Positions 39,101 to 51,762 of a DNA stretch of 64,000 nt are shown here, piece after piece. The notes under the pieces are model-generated. The model was not told the origin of the DNA and did not search any database. It saw only the letters and a program-made list of their open reading frames with translations. Within the stretch, counting starts at the first letter, position 1, and each line of letters starts with the position of its first letter. Position numbers and translations under genes: made by a program. The DNA is from Sminthopsis crassicaudata (taxonomy: Eukaryota): the NCBI RefSeq assembly GCF_048593235.1, contig NC_133623.1, positions 33,782,211 through 33,846,210 of the forward strand, written 5' to 3'.

Positions 39101-42100
39101 GAAAATGGTGAACATTCCACCAATGAAGAGGAAATAAGAGCAATAATTAGGAGATATTTTGCTCAACTGTATACCAATAAATCTGACAATCTAAGTGAAA
39201 TAGATGAATACTTTTAAAAAATATAGACTGCCCAGATTAAAGGGGAGGAAATAAATTACTTGAGTAGCCCCATTTTAGAAAAAGAAAAAGAACAAGCTCT
39301 TAATCAACTCTCTAAGAAAAATCTTCAGGACCATATGGATTTATATGTGAATTCTACCAAACATTTGACAAACAATTAAAAATACAGAAAGAAGTCCTAC
39401 TAAATTACTTTTATGACACAAATATGATGCTAAGACTTACACCAGGTAGAGTAAAACCATAGAAAGAAAATGATAGACCAATTTCCCTAATGAATATTGA
39501 AACCAAAATCTTAAATAAAATATTAGTAAAGAGATTACAGCAAGTTATTTCCAGGATAATACTCTATGACCAAATAGGATGTATATCAGGAATGTGTGGC
39601 TGGTTTAATATTAGGAAAACGTTTAGCATAATTGAATACAATAGTAATTAAACTAACAAAATAATATGATTACTTCAAAAGATGCAGAAAAATCATTTGA
39701 CAAAATTCAACATCAATTCCTATTAAAAGCATAGAGAGTACAGCAACAAATGGAGTTTTCTTTAAAATGATCAGTAGCATCTATTTAAAACCATCAGCAA
39801 GCATCATATGTAATAGGGATAAACTAGAACAATTTCCAGTAAGATCAGGTGTGAAACAAGGCTGTCTACTATTTGTCTATTATCACCATTACTATTCACT
39901 ATTGTATTTGAAATGTAAGCTTTAGCATTAAGAGAAGAAAAAGAAATTAGAGTAGATAGTGAGGAAACCAAATTATCATTCTTTACAGATGATATGATAG
40001 TATACTTAGAGAGTCCTAGAGAATCAACTAAAGACTAAAACAATTCACAACTTTAGCAAAGTTGCAAAATTCAAAATAAATCCATATAAATCATCAGTAT
40101 TTTTATATGTCAGCAACAAAGTCCAAAAACAAGAGTACAAAGAGAAATTCCATTTACAATAATTGCAGATAATATAAAATATTTGAGATTCTACCTGCCA
40201 AGGTAAAGTCGGGATCTATATGAATACAATTACAAAACACTTTCCACACAACTAAAGTCAGATCCATTCAATTGGAAGAATATCAAGTGCTCATGGGTAG
40301 GCCAAGATAATATAATAAAGATAATATAATAAAATGACAATACTGCCTAAATTCATCTACTTATTCAGTGCCATACCAATCAAATTCCCAAGAAATTATT
40401 TTACAGAGCTAGAAAAAACAATAACAAAGTACACCTGGAAGAACAAAAGGTTAAGAATTTCAAGGGAATTAATGAAAAATATGCCAATGAAGGTGGCCTA
40501 GCATTGCCAGACCTAAAACTATATTACAAAGTAGTAGTCATCAAAACCATTTGGTACAGGCTAAGAAATAGAACAGTCCATCAGTGGAATAGATTAGGTT
40601 CACAAGACACAATAAATAATGACTATAATAATCTAGTGTGTAATAAACCCAAAGACCCCAGCTTCTGAGATAAGAACTCACTATTTGACAAAAATTCTTG
40701 GGAAAATTGGAAATTAGTATGGCAGAAACTAGGCATTGATCCATACCTATCACACCTAACACTGTATACCAAAATAAGATTGAAATGGGTTCATGATTTA
40801 GACATAAAGAGTGATATTATAAGCAAATCAGAAGAAAAAAAGGATACTTTACCTCTCAAATCTGTGGAGAAGGAAGGAATCTGTGTCCAAAAAAGAACTA
40901 CAACTCGTAAATGAACACCAGATAAATAATTTTGGTTATATTAAATTAAAACATTTTTGTACAAACAAAACTAATATAGACAACATTAGAAGGGAAGCAA
41001 TAAACTGGGAAAACAGTTTTACATTCAAAGGTTCTGATAAAGGCCTCATTTCTAAAATATATAGAGAACTGACTCATATTTATAAGAATTCTCTGCCATT
41101 CTCCAATTGATAAATGGCCAAAGGATATGAATAGACAATTTTCAGATCAAGAAGTTAAACACCATTTCTAGTCAAATGAAAAAAAAATGCTCTAAATCAC
41201 TGTTGATCAGAGAAATGCAAATTAAGACAACTCTGAAGTAGCACTTACATACCCCTCAGATTGGCTGAGATAACAGGAAAAAATGATGAATGTTGGAGGG
41301 CATGTGGGAAAACTGCTACACTAATACACTGCTGGTGAAATTGTGAACTTAACCAACCATTCTAGAGAGCAATCTGGAACTATGCCCAGAGGGCTATCAA
41401 ACTGTGCATACCCTTTCATCCAGCAGTATTTCTACTAGGCTTGTATCCCAAATAAATCATAAACAAGGAAAAAGGATATATGTGTGTAAAAATCTTTGTA
41501 GTAGCCCTTTTCATAGTGCCAAGGAACTAGAAACTGAGTGGATGCCCATTAGCTGGAGAATGGCTGAATAAATTATGGTATACGAATGTTATGGAATATT
41601 ATTGTTCTATAAGAAATGATCAACAGGACGATTTCAGAGAGGCCTGGAGAGACTTACATGAACTGATGCTGATAGACATGAGTAGAACCAAGAGAACATT
41701 GTACACCACAATAGCAAGATTATATGATTATCAATCCTGATGGACATGGCTCTTTTCAACAGTGTGGTGATTCAAACCAATTCCAATGGTATTGTGATGA
41801 AGAGAGTCATCTGCACCCAGAGAGAGGATTGTGGGAATTGAGTGTGGATCACCACATAGTATTTTTATTTTTTTCCTGTTGTTTAATTGCATTTTGTTTT
41901 CTTTCTCATTTTTTTTCCTTTTTATTTGATTTTTCTTGTGCAGCATGATAATTGTAGAAATATATATAGGAGAATTGCATACGTTTAACATACATTGGAT
42001 TACTTGCTGTCTAAGGGAGGGTGAGGGGAAGGGAGGGGAAAATTTGGAACATAGGTTTTGCAAGGGTGAATGTGGAAAACTTCTCTGCATGTTTTGAAAA

Positions 42101-42157
42101 TAAAAAAATCTTTAATAAAGTTAATTAATTGATTACAAAAACAAAAACAAAAATCCC
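36177..42157 (+). mobile_element. Near full-length (~6 kb) decayed LINE-1 inserted in a MIR
   Basis: 5' GGAGTCAAGATGGC; ORF1 ATG at 36688 (MSKKAKRTLT); ORF2 ATG at 37949 (MAGNIELVILTVNVSGMNSPIKRKWIADWIKRQNSTICCLQETHF); RT YDQIG and F.DDMIVYLE-like motifs; C-terminal cysteine-rich domain; A-rich tail; 12-bp TSD CAAAAGTTTAGT at 36165-36176 and 42158-42169; many stops and frameshifts. Confidence 0.97.
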
Positions 42158-42539
42158 CAAAAGTTTAGTAGTTGTTGAGGTGAGACCCAAATGTATAGCT
42201 GTGGGATCCACATATCTCTCTCCAAAGTACATGTCACTATCTCCTGGGAATAGGAATTGCAAGTACTCAATAAACAGGACCACAGCTTTTCCTCTATAAA
42301 GATTTAACTCATGTCCTTATTCAATAAGCATATATTGAGTTATACTAAGGAGTGGGCCACAGAATAGCAAGGTGTCATAGTTATTTCTGAGACCAATCTA
42401 CCTCATTTCAGGCAACTGAAATCACTGAAATTAGAGATCCATTTTTATATTTAGTATTATTTATATTCTATTTATGTATTAGTATTACCTAAATTAATAG
42501 ATTTGATATGAAACAAAACCAAACCATCTGGGGAATTGC

Positions 42540-43290
42540 TTTGTCAAGCCAACACCTCTCCCCCCAAAAAAACCCTATAAAATTCATTTGGAGCAACAAA
42601 AGATCTGGAAAAGAAATGGAAACGATAAAAGAAAAACAGGAATGAAAAGGAACATGTTTAGACCTCAAAATTATACAATAAAACCATAATTATTAAAACT
42701 ATTTCTTGCTGGTTAAAAAACAGAAAAATAGATCAATGGAACAGACTAAATAAGGAACAATCAGAAACAAATGATGTTATAAAGTCAATGTTTGATAAAA
42801 CACAGGAACATAAATTACTTGGAGAATTCCATGCTTCACAAGAGCTCCTAGTGAAACTAGAAAACAGTATGACAGAAATTAGGTTTATACTAGCATCTAC
42901 CACATACCATAAAAGGTCAAAACAGCTACATAATTTGAATATTGAAAGTCAAGCATAAAAAATGAAGAGAACCATATTATGTATTTTTCATTGCTATGCT
43001 TTGAGAGAGATTTATTCGCTACATAAGGAACAGAATGGCTACAAAAATAAAAATAGATCATTTTATCACATGAAATTGAAAAGCTTTGCACAAAATCAAT
43101 GTAACTAAGTTAAAAACGTTTACATCATGTATCTCTGATAAAGATCTGATTTCTATGATATGTAAAGGAACTAAAAAATACTTAAGAGCAAAAGCTCTTC
43201 AATGGTCAAAAATGAGCAAACACTTTTCAAAAGAGGAATTGGAAACCATTGGCAACATGAAAAATTGTTCCATATTATTAATAATGTAAC
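42540..43290 (+). mobile_element. Old LINE-1 ORF2 fragment
   Basis: AAAATTCATTTGGAGCAACAAAAG, AAAATAGATCAATGGAACAGAC, CTCTGATAAAGATCTGATTTC. Confidence 0.8.
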
Positions 43291-43299
43291 TAAGTATGT

Positions 43300-43490
43300 G
43301 TTAAGTTGCTTTTCACTCACACTCAGCTCTTTGTAACCCCATTTTGGGATTTTCTTAGCAAAGACATTGGTATGGTTTATTATTTCCTTCCCCAGATCAT
43401 TTTATAGAAGAGGAAGATGAGGCAAAGAGAATTCAGTGACTTGCCCAGGATCACATAACTAGGAAATAAATATCTGGATTTGAACTGGTG
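43300..43490 (-). mobile_element. MAR1-type SINE
   Basis: CCCCATTTTGGGATTTTCTTAGCAAAGAC...GTGACTTGCCCAGGATCACATAACTAG. Confidence 0.85.
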
Positions 43491-43789
43491 AAAAGAAGAA
43501 TCTTGTTATTAACTGACTATACTCGGAATAACTCTGTGCTTTCCATAATATAGAATGTAGTAAAGATTTGTGTAGGAAAGTCCGTGTAGGTCCCCAGAGT
43601 TGAATTTCAATACTCTGCAAAGTAGAGAAGCTACACACAACTGCTCATTTATATTTCCACAGCATCCAAACGTTCTTTCAAATATTCATAAATGTTGACA
43701 AATGCTTCCATGCCTTTATCCACATTCTATTTCTAGGGAATTTAGCCCCTGGGGTAATTCACTTACAGGGTCAGAAGGAAGGGAGAAAA

Positions 43790-44130
43790 GCATTCTAAGG
43801 TATCAAACACCTTTAGGAGTTTGAAGTAGATGGAGACAGAGCAGTCATGGAGTTAAGGAGTTTGAGGAACTAGGTCAGGGTGGAGAAAGTTTGAGGCATT
43901 GGGGCAGAGAAGACTGAGCTTCTAGTGGTAGGAGGAAGGAGAATGAAGAGTGACTCAGCTATGGACAGGTGGGAGAGAACTTTAAAGTTGCTTGCTGGGT
44001 AATGATGGCAAGGAGGAAGAGAGTGGAAATAGAAGTGGGAGGGCAAAGATTATGCTGATTCCTGCTACTGGTCCCTGTATATTCAGAGGTGTGAGAAAAA
44101 GGAGTCACCAATTTTGGAGAAGATGCTCAG
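43790..44130 (-). mobile_element. L2 LINE fragment
   Basis: GGAGTTTGAAGTAGATGGAGACAGAGCAGTCATGGAG...TGCTGGGTAATGATGG, antisense L2. Confidence 0.6.
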
Positions 44131-47100
44131 AGATGAAGCTATCTTCAGGCAAAATCTGTTTTGCAAGAGTGTCAGAAGTTGGAAAGACTCCAAAAGCAAG
44201 ACCTTGGAAAGACTTGAAAACTAGAGAGGATTTCCTAGATCATCTGGATCATCCTCTCATTTTAAAGAGGAGCTAAGTAGGTCAAATAACTTGTCCAAAA
44301 TCACAAAGCCATTAATGGAGACACATGTTTCTGACTCCAAAGCTGGGATTATTCCCAGGGTGGCCTCTAGGAGAGGACTTCACGGGGTACACTAGAAAGA
44401 GATGGAAGTAGACTCATAAGAGTTGGCTTAAGTTTAAAATGAAGGGGGGAGGAAGTAAGATGTACCAGACAGTTATATAGGTGAATTTCCTTCACTGCTG
44501 AGTCTTCCCCCAACCTCCGGCTAATCCTGCCAGCCCAGATCCTAGTTCTTCCCACCAACACCAGATGCCCAAGCCAGGAGGCTCAGCCTAGAATAAACCA
44601 GTCTGTCCTTGACAATGGTTTGATAGGCTAAAAAACTGTAGATGGCTTGAACATAAGTTTCCCTAGGGAATGGACTAGTAGGATGGCCAGCCCTAGATGG
44701 AGTGGGAATAGATAATGCACTTCCTAGATTGTTGGACTTTCCTCCTCCATCCCCCATTACTGATACCAGAATCAATACTGACCATGAATTCTTTCCCTTC
44801 TTGCAAAGCTCAACACAGGAGACACTTATGCCATGGAACTTTTCCCTGATTTTCTTCCCCAATTTTTCTGCAATTCAAACATTAGGGAATGGGATATGTT
44901 GTCTCAAATTTCTTACAACATTTCATCTGGGTCTGTCCTGTGGATTTTTGTGATATACTGTTTTACACTTCTGTTTCTATTTCACATCCTCTCCTAAACT
45001 TCCTTTGTAGCATTCTGAAACATATGTCATTCTTTTGTGGGAGACTTAGGAGCAGAGAATAGACCAGGAAGCAGGAAAACTCACTACGCCAAGGCAGTTG
45101 AAAAGTTTCTGGTATACTTTAGGGTAGCCACGTTCACCCAATTAGCCCATGTCAGAGGCAGACACTGAAGTAAGTCATCCTCACTCTAACACTGGACCAC
45201 TCCTTAATCAACACATGTGCCCTTTTATTTTCAATGTGAATACTGAAATGCATAAATGTTATCACTGATGAACCCAATGCCAGCATTGGAACATTAAACA
45301 AACCCCACAACTATTCCCTATTCCCTCATCTTGCCAACAAGAAGTCAGAATAGTACCGCCATGTCTCTCTGTCATTTGGGGGGGGGGGTCACTCCAAAAT
45401 CTAAATGTAACCAAGGAGCTGTGTTCACTTTCAAAAGAATATTTTCAAGATAGCATCTGCCTGAGAAATGTAGTTCTAGCAAACAGAGCTCCAGCTTTCT
45501 TCTTAAAGCATAGAAAATCAATCTAATTGCTGGGAAGTATATCTGCTCTTCTGCTGAAAATGAGAAATCAAGTCCATCCATCTTTTTCCCAAGCAGAGTT
45601 CAGTAGAAAGAGCACTGAATGAAGAAATGGGGACTGGGCTTCACATTCTAATCTTGATGCTTAAAGGTTTACAAGTAACAATGTACTTCATCTCTCTGGT
45701 CCTCAGTTTCTTTTCATGTGTAATAACAGTTTTGGATTCAAAAACCTCTAAGATACCTTTCAAATCTCATTCCAGGATCTTGCACTGGTGTGAAGGGAAG
45801 AGGAATATGGCAGTAGTTGTGAAAAAGGCAAAGTAGGGATGTGTGGCGGTTTTCATTCTTCTTAGAATTCAGAACCAGAGGCATTCTTGGTCAATCTGAG
45901 TCATGTCTGTACTGCTCAGAAAACACATGTCCAAATGAACATCTGTATGAATTCCAGTCTAAGAATAACATGAAAAAAATGAGAAGTGAGTCATGTTTGA
46001 GTAAAAGTGACACTTAGTTGCTCCCAAAGTAGAAGACTGAAAATATTTTTTTGTAATGACAAAGAGGAAAGAGATTTTAAAAAAATCCAAAATGAGTCAG
46101 AGGGAAACTCCTTGTACATAGGTTTTATGTTTCGGTAACAAGTGCTTCAGGATCTGGAGTCAATCGTCTTTTTTTCTGTGATGCTTGGAGGGAATTAGCT
46201 GGACAACTATGTAATTGCTTACAATTGGAGTCATCCCTCTGGATCTTCTTTGTTACACTGACAATTCCTTACATATGGTAGAGTCCAAGGAACATCTTGG
46301 GTCTTTATCTATACAACGTGCTGCCCATTACTAACAATCATGACCAGATGCCATAACGTAAACCAGACCATAGCTTTAGATTCCATTGCACAAGGCAATT
46401 CAATATTTAATTCAAGAATGAGCATGATGAGCCAAAGTCTCTATACCTACACAGAGAAGCTACTCAAGAAATAAATGTAATGACACTAACTCAACAAACA
46501 AATAAGGGATTCCAAGGGTGTCTTCACTCGAAGGGGCAAGTAGAATAGACTCCAAACAACTATTTCTACTACACTAATTGAATTTAAAAATAGCAATTAA
46601 GCACCTACTATGTGCCAGGCAGTGTATCAGGTACTAAGATAAAAAAGGAAAATCCTTGCCCTCAAACAAGTTAACATACTGTTGAATTGATTACCTTATC
46701 AAATACCAAGTTACCAAATCAAATTACCTCATCAAATATATTTTTCCAAAGAACAACATGGTAGATGAGTACAACATGAAAACCTTCTAATGTGTGCCAT
46801 CAACAGATGACAAAGCACAAAGTCAGCTTTGGAGCAGGTAATGGTAAACATACCAAGATGGAGCAATTGCCGGCCTCAGGCTCCAGACATCACCATATGA
46901 GGGTACATGTTCTATTTGAATTAAAATCCAGCCAAAATCCTCAGAGAGGCCATCAGAAAACAATACACAGGATACATAAAATAATACAAAGCATGCATTA
47001 ATTAACAGGGGAAATCATGAGAGATATCTGAAGTCCTTTCTCATTATTAAACTTGAAACCGTTGCCAAACCACCAAAAGACACATTTCTGGGAGAAAGTG

Positions 47101-47599
47101 GGCAAAAACTGATGGGGGGTGGTGTAAGCAGAAGGAAACAAGGGAAATCAAGTACAGGGCTGTCTTAGAATAGGTGTTGTAAGGTTAAACGACACAAAAA
47201 TCTGCATTTATATCTCAAAATGGATCCTTGGCATATATTCTGCATAAGGTAAGAACTTCTAAAAATACACCATTAAAGGTACATGGAATGAACTCTCTCC
47301 ACAACTAATCATGTGTAGTATTTGTTGTCACCATTGAGTAGGGAGACACTGACAAAAACAGTTTAAGCTGGCAACTCCAGAATATATAATTAAGACAGAA
47401 GAGAGAAGTAGAAAGGGAATTATGTGACAATGGCCAATCAAAATGTTTGTCATCTTAGTGTGTGACACAAGACCTAGGTCCACTCAAGGAATCTAGGTTC
47501 ATATAAAAGGTCCCAGGGAACTGACTCAGATAAGGCCAGGATCTCTTTTTGGGGCATGCCTTCACTCTAGACTTATATGTCTGTCTAAATCTCCAAAAC

Positions 47600-47915
47600 G
47601 CAGCTTAGCTATAATTTATGTCTTGATTTCCTCTAATGTAAGTAATGGAGTCCCTAAGTCTCACACATGAAGTCAATATTCAATATAGATATCAGGTATG
47701 AGGCAACTTGTACTTTACCTACCACAGAAAATATAAAAGAAACAAGAGCCATTAATGGTCCATGAACATATGCAAAAAGATAAAGATATTAGACTCTTTA
47801 TAGAAAGGAATAAGACTTTAAGATTGACCGTGAAAGTACTTCATGTTCTTCCTGGACCTGCAATAGTTTGAGGCACTCATAGAGGCTTGCATGGAGGGTT
47901 GACAAGAGCCAGATC
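47600..47915 (+). mobile_element. Very old RTE-clade LINE fragment (tentative)
   Basis: CATATGCAAAAAGATAAAGATATTAGACTC...AAGACTTTAAG...GTGAAAGTAC resembles the RT C-terminal region; heavily decayed. Confidence 0.35.
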
Positions 47916-48384
47916 TCCTTGCCCTTCATAATATAGTTCCATTTTTTCAGGACACAATAAGCAGTGTTATTTGTTATTCCAGGAGTATTCCCATTAGTTT
48001 GGACCCTGAACTTCCTAATGGGAATACTCTTGAACTTGGGAACTCAAAGTCAGGATTGTCATAAGGTAACACCCCACATTAATGAAGAAATTCTCAGGAT
48101 CTTTCCTCTCAGACAGAATGCAAACACGTTTCTCTCTGTTATGTACTTCTTCATAAACTCTTATCAATTTCATGATTTCTGCCATAGCCTGGACATGGGA
48201 AAATCTTTTCTCAAGGACTTCATCATCTAATTATGTCTCATAAAAGGAAATGAAATGGTAGAAGGAATTCTCTTCTTAGGCTCATTGTGAAGATCTTCTA
48301 AAATTGCCATTAGTAATGGGTTTGGGAGGGGTGGGAAGAGAGAAATATTCCTCCTGTTCACCATATTTAACTCGCAAAGTCGAA

Positions 48385-48386
<2 letters not shown>

Positions 48387-48428
<42 letters not shown>
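48387..48428. repeat. (AC)n microsatellite
   Basis: Seen directly. Confidence 0.98.
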
Positions 48429-48430
<2 letters not shown>

Positions 48431-48824
48431 CTCAGTGAAGATATCTCAACTAACTTCTATCATGGAGAACAGTGTCTATCTTAGCAAGGATTTTTCTTCT
48501 CTTACTTTCAGCTACTAATGGTTTTATAGGCAACTTCAGTCATTGAGAACCAATCAGTAATTCTTTGGGTCCTCGCAGCAAGTTATCATGGCATGTGCCT
48601 ATCATCATGAAAGGTACGTTTCAGATAAAAATTCATATCCTGTAATCTCATAAAGTTGAGTGACAAAGTCATAAAACTGACTAGAAATTCCCCTGCTTAG
48701 TAGCCCCTTCTCCCTGCCCACTGATATTTAAGGAAATAAAGCTTTCTTTCAATGCACTAATAATAATTTCACAAATCTTGACCTTTAGGCCACATTGCAG
48801 CTTTGTGAAAAGGTAGGGGTGAAG

Positions 48825-49950
48825 ATTAGAAGGGAAGCAATAAACTGTGAAAACATTTTTACAGTCAAAGGTTCTGATAAAGGCCTCATTTCCAAAATAT
48901 ATAGAGAATTGACTCTAATTTATAAGAAATCAAACCATTCTCCAATTGATAAATGGTCAAAGGATATGAACAGGCAATTCTCAGACGAAGAAATTGAAAC
49001 TATTTCTAGCCATAAGAAAACATGCTCCAAGTCATTTTTTTTCTTTTTCTTTTTTTTAATTTAATTTTATTTTTTTATTAATTTTTATAATTTTAACATT
49101 TTCTTTGACACATATGCATAGGTAATTTTTTTTTACAACATTATCCCTTGTACTCCCTTCTGTTCCAAGTTTTCCCCCTCCTTCTCTCCACCCCCTCCCC
49201 TAGATGGCAGGCATTCCCATACATATTAAATATCTTATAGTATATCCTAGGTACAATATATAAATATATATATATATATATATGCAGAAGCGAATTTTGT
49301 TGTTGTTGCAAAGGAAGGATTGTATTTGCAAGGAAATACTAAAAAAGGGAAAGGGACCTGTGTGTGCCAAAATGTTTGTGGCAGCCCTTTTCATAGTGGC
49401 TAGAAGCTGGAAGATGAATGGATGTCCATCAATTGGAGAATGGTTGGGTAAATTATGGTATATGAATGTTATGGAATATTATTGTTCTGTAAGAAATGAC
49501 CAACAGGAGGAATACAGAGAGGCTTGGAGAGAATTACATCAACTGATGCTGAGTGAAACGAGCAGAACTAGGAGATCACTGTACACTTCAACAATGATAC
49601 TGTACGAGGATGTATTCTGATGGAAGTGGAAATCTTCAACATAGAGAAGAGCTAATCCAGTTCCAACTGATCAATGATGGACAGAATCAGCTACACCCAG
49701 AAAAAGAACACTGGGAAATGAGTGTAAACTGTGAGCACTGTTTTTTTTGTTTTGTTTTGTTTTGTTTTGTTTCTCTTCCCAGATTATTTTTACCTTCCGA
49801 ATACAATCCTTCTTTTGCAACAACAACAACAAAATTCAGTTCTGCACATATATATTGTACCTAGGATATACTATAAGATATTTAATATGTATGGGAATGC
49901 CTGCCATCTAGGGGAGGGGGTGGAGGGAAGGAGGGGAAAAACTTTTGGAA
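48825..49950. mobile_element. Composite young LINE-1: (+) 48825-49034, (-) 3' end with poly(A) 49035-49326, (+) 49329-49950
   Basis: Track ORFs 48795-49064 and 49282-49620 are ORF2p C-terminal pieces about 85 codons apart in the homologous ORF at 1701; 49170-49326 is the reverse complement of 49800-49950. Confidence 0.92.
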
Positions 49951-50094
49951 TACCCCCATATTCCTTACCATCTCTTGGAGTCTTTGCTTTTTCTTTATTC
50001 TATTTGAAGCTTAAGTTTAAAGCTTAACACGTCAAAGTGCATTAAGGCTTTTGGAGTACTTTTCACTAAAACAAAAAAGAACCAGAAATCTGTA

Positions 50095-50530
50095 CAGACA
50101 TTATAAGACAACCAACCTGGAAAATATAAATAAGAATCATCTGAAATCCAGAACACCGTCCCCACTCCTACTTCAATTCCTGAACAAAAGCCTAGATGAC
50201 ATATTTTGAGGAATCATGAATGAAAATTGCTTAAGACAGATGATAACCAAAAACCAAAATGAAAATAGAATACACCAATCACCTCCTGAAAGAAACTTCA
50301 AAATGATAATTCTTTGGAACAATTTAAGGAAAGTCTAGAGTTCCTCATTTAAAAAAAATACTAAAAGCAGTCAGAAAGAGTTCAAGTATCAAGAAATCAA
50401 AGTCAGGATCACACAGATTTGACTACTGCCATATAAAGAAAAGGAGATCTTGGAACATGCTATTCCCAAAGTCAAAAGAGAAAAGTGTATAAACAAGAAT
50501 AACTTATGAAGCAAAATTGAGTATGATTTT
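50095..50530 (+). mobile_element. Old L1/HAL1 ORF1 fragment
   Basis: AATAGAATACACCAATCACCTCCTGAAAGAAAC, CAAAGTCAGGATCACACAGATTTG, AACAAGAATAACTTATGAAGCAAA. Confidence 0.6.
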
Positions 50531-50549
50531 ACAAGGGAACAAAAAGACC

Positions 50550-50863
50550 CATTTTCAACAATGGAACACAGCTTTGCAATTTGATAACTGATTAAAGATG
50601 CAAATAATGCTCATTTATTGTAAAAAGATATTCAAGACAATAGAATAAAATGCCTCCTTATAGGCTCTTTTATAGCAAGGAGTCTTCTGTTCAAAAATCA
50701 AGACTATCCATGCTTGCTTAGATGATGCAGCAAAAGAAATAATCCTGTTCAATGACACTGAAAGTATATATCAGTTGAGACATACAACACATTCAACAAA
50801 AGTATTTGCCACTCTGCTTAAGGAGATTCAGCAAAGAGTCCAGGTCAAGGAAGGATTCCCTGT

Positions 50864-50908
<45 letters not shown>

Positions 50909-50955
50909 TGAGGTCCTCAAGATGTTACTGTTGGGGATGATATTGTAGTGAATTC
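50550..50955 (+). mobile_element. RTE-clade LINE reverse transcriptase, piece A
   Basis: Translates QGV...DDAAKEIILFND...KVFATLLKEIQQRVQVKEGFPV-[A40]-GEVLKMLL..DDIVV, RT motifs up to the xADD-equivalent box. Confidence 0.8.
50867..50906 (+). repeat. Pure A40 tract
   Basis: 40 uninterrupted A between TGTAGT and GGTGAGG. Confidence 0.98.
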
Positions 50956-51149
50956 TTATTCATATTTTCTTTATTGTACAATTTTTCTTATCCATTCTTT
51001 GTTACAGTGGTACTAGTCCAGCCGGAAGGTTCTCCCAGTGAAGTTTCTCTTGATTTCTTCAAACATTGTGAGGGTGCCAGTAAAGAACTCTGGACATCAA
51101 GCTGTCAACAATATCTGGAGTGTATTACCTTTCCATCAGAATGTGAGTA

Positions 51150-51270
51150 GCACACTTTATCATTGGTCCTCTGGGTTTGTGGAGTTGGCCACTGCATTGA
51201 TCTGAGTTCTTAAGGTTTTCAGATTTATCTTTCTTTATAATTATTTTGTTATTGTATTCCTCACTCTTGT
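51150..51270 (-). mobile_element. Old LINE-1 3' fragment
   Basis: CATTGGTCCTCTGGG...CACTGCATTGATCTGAGTTCTTAAG...TTATTGTA, similar to other antisense L1 3' regions in the window. Confidence 0.55.
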
Positions 51271-51311
51271 CAGATGACAACCCTCCCTCCCTCCCTCCCC
51301 CTCTCTCTCAT

Positions 51312-51762
51312 ATGCTTTACCCCTGCATTTAGACTTTTGAGGTTACGTTATAGCCTGCTGATAGCCGCAGAGCACTTTTTCATTACCCTCTGTGGGATAC
51401 TCATCTTTAATTCTTCAGAGGTAACACTATTCCAAGTTCTGTTGCCATACAGCAATACCAATAACATATTTGTACTGAAAAAATGGACATTGGATGTTAG
51501 GATTTGAGATCAGTTAAGAGTGCTTTGTGATTTTCTGAAAAGCAATCTAGTAGGCTGCCCTTCTTTTCAACCCCTGGCCCACCTCCTTGTTTATTTGTAC
51601 TGACTATACCAGGCACACCTATAAGCTCCGCTAGGTATTCATTCAGATGCATATTGAAGTCAGAGCATTGATAGTTTTCCCTTGGTCTTTCCTGTGTGGA
51701 TGCATAAACCTTTGAATGATTACAAATTCCTTCCAGGAAGTTCTGCAGTACCTCAAGGGCTC
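51312..51762 (-). mobile_element. RTE-clade LINE reverse transcriptase, piece B (inverted relative to piece A)
   Basis: Minus strand, across frameshifts: VLQNFLEGICNHSK / GLCIHTGKTK ... VHFFSTNMLLVLLYGNRTWNSVTSEELKMSIPQRVMKKCSAAISRL, matching RTE LLYGxETW and QRxMER motifs. Confidence 0.82.

Noticed and set aside
45084-45168. Minus-strand micro-exon candidate (CLPLTWANWVNVATLKYTRNFSTALA, donor GTGAGT)
   Set aside because: Poor acceptor and unrecognised peptide; expected by chance in 64 kb.
46270-46450. Minus-strand exon-like segment (CTGTGTAG| ... |GTAAGG)
   Set aside because: All three frames contain stops and nothing else supports a non-coding exon.
50955-51150. Possible displaced 3' end of the PPP1R3C retrocopy inside the inversion
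   Set aside because: The frames I translated on both strands gave no GSPRLASGLFP/WQSWGR match.
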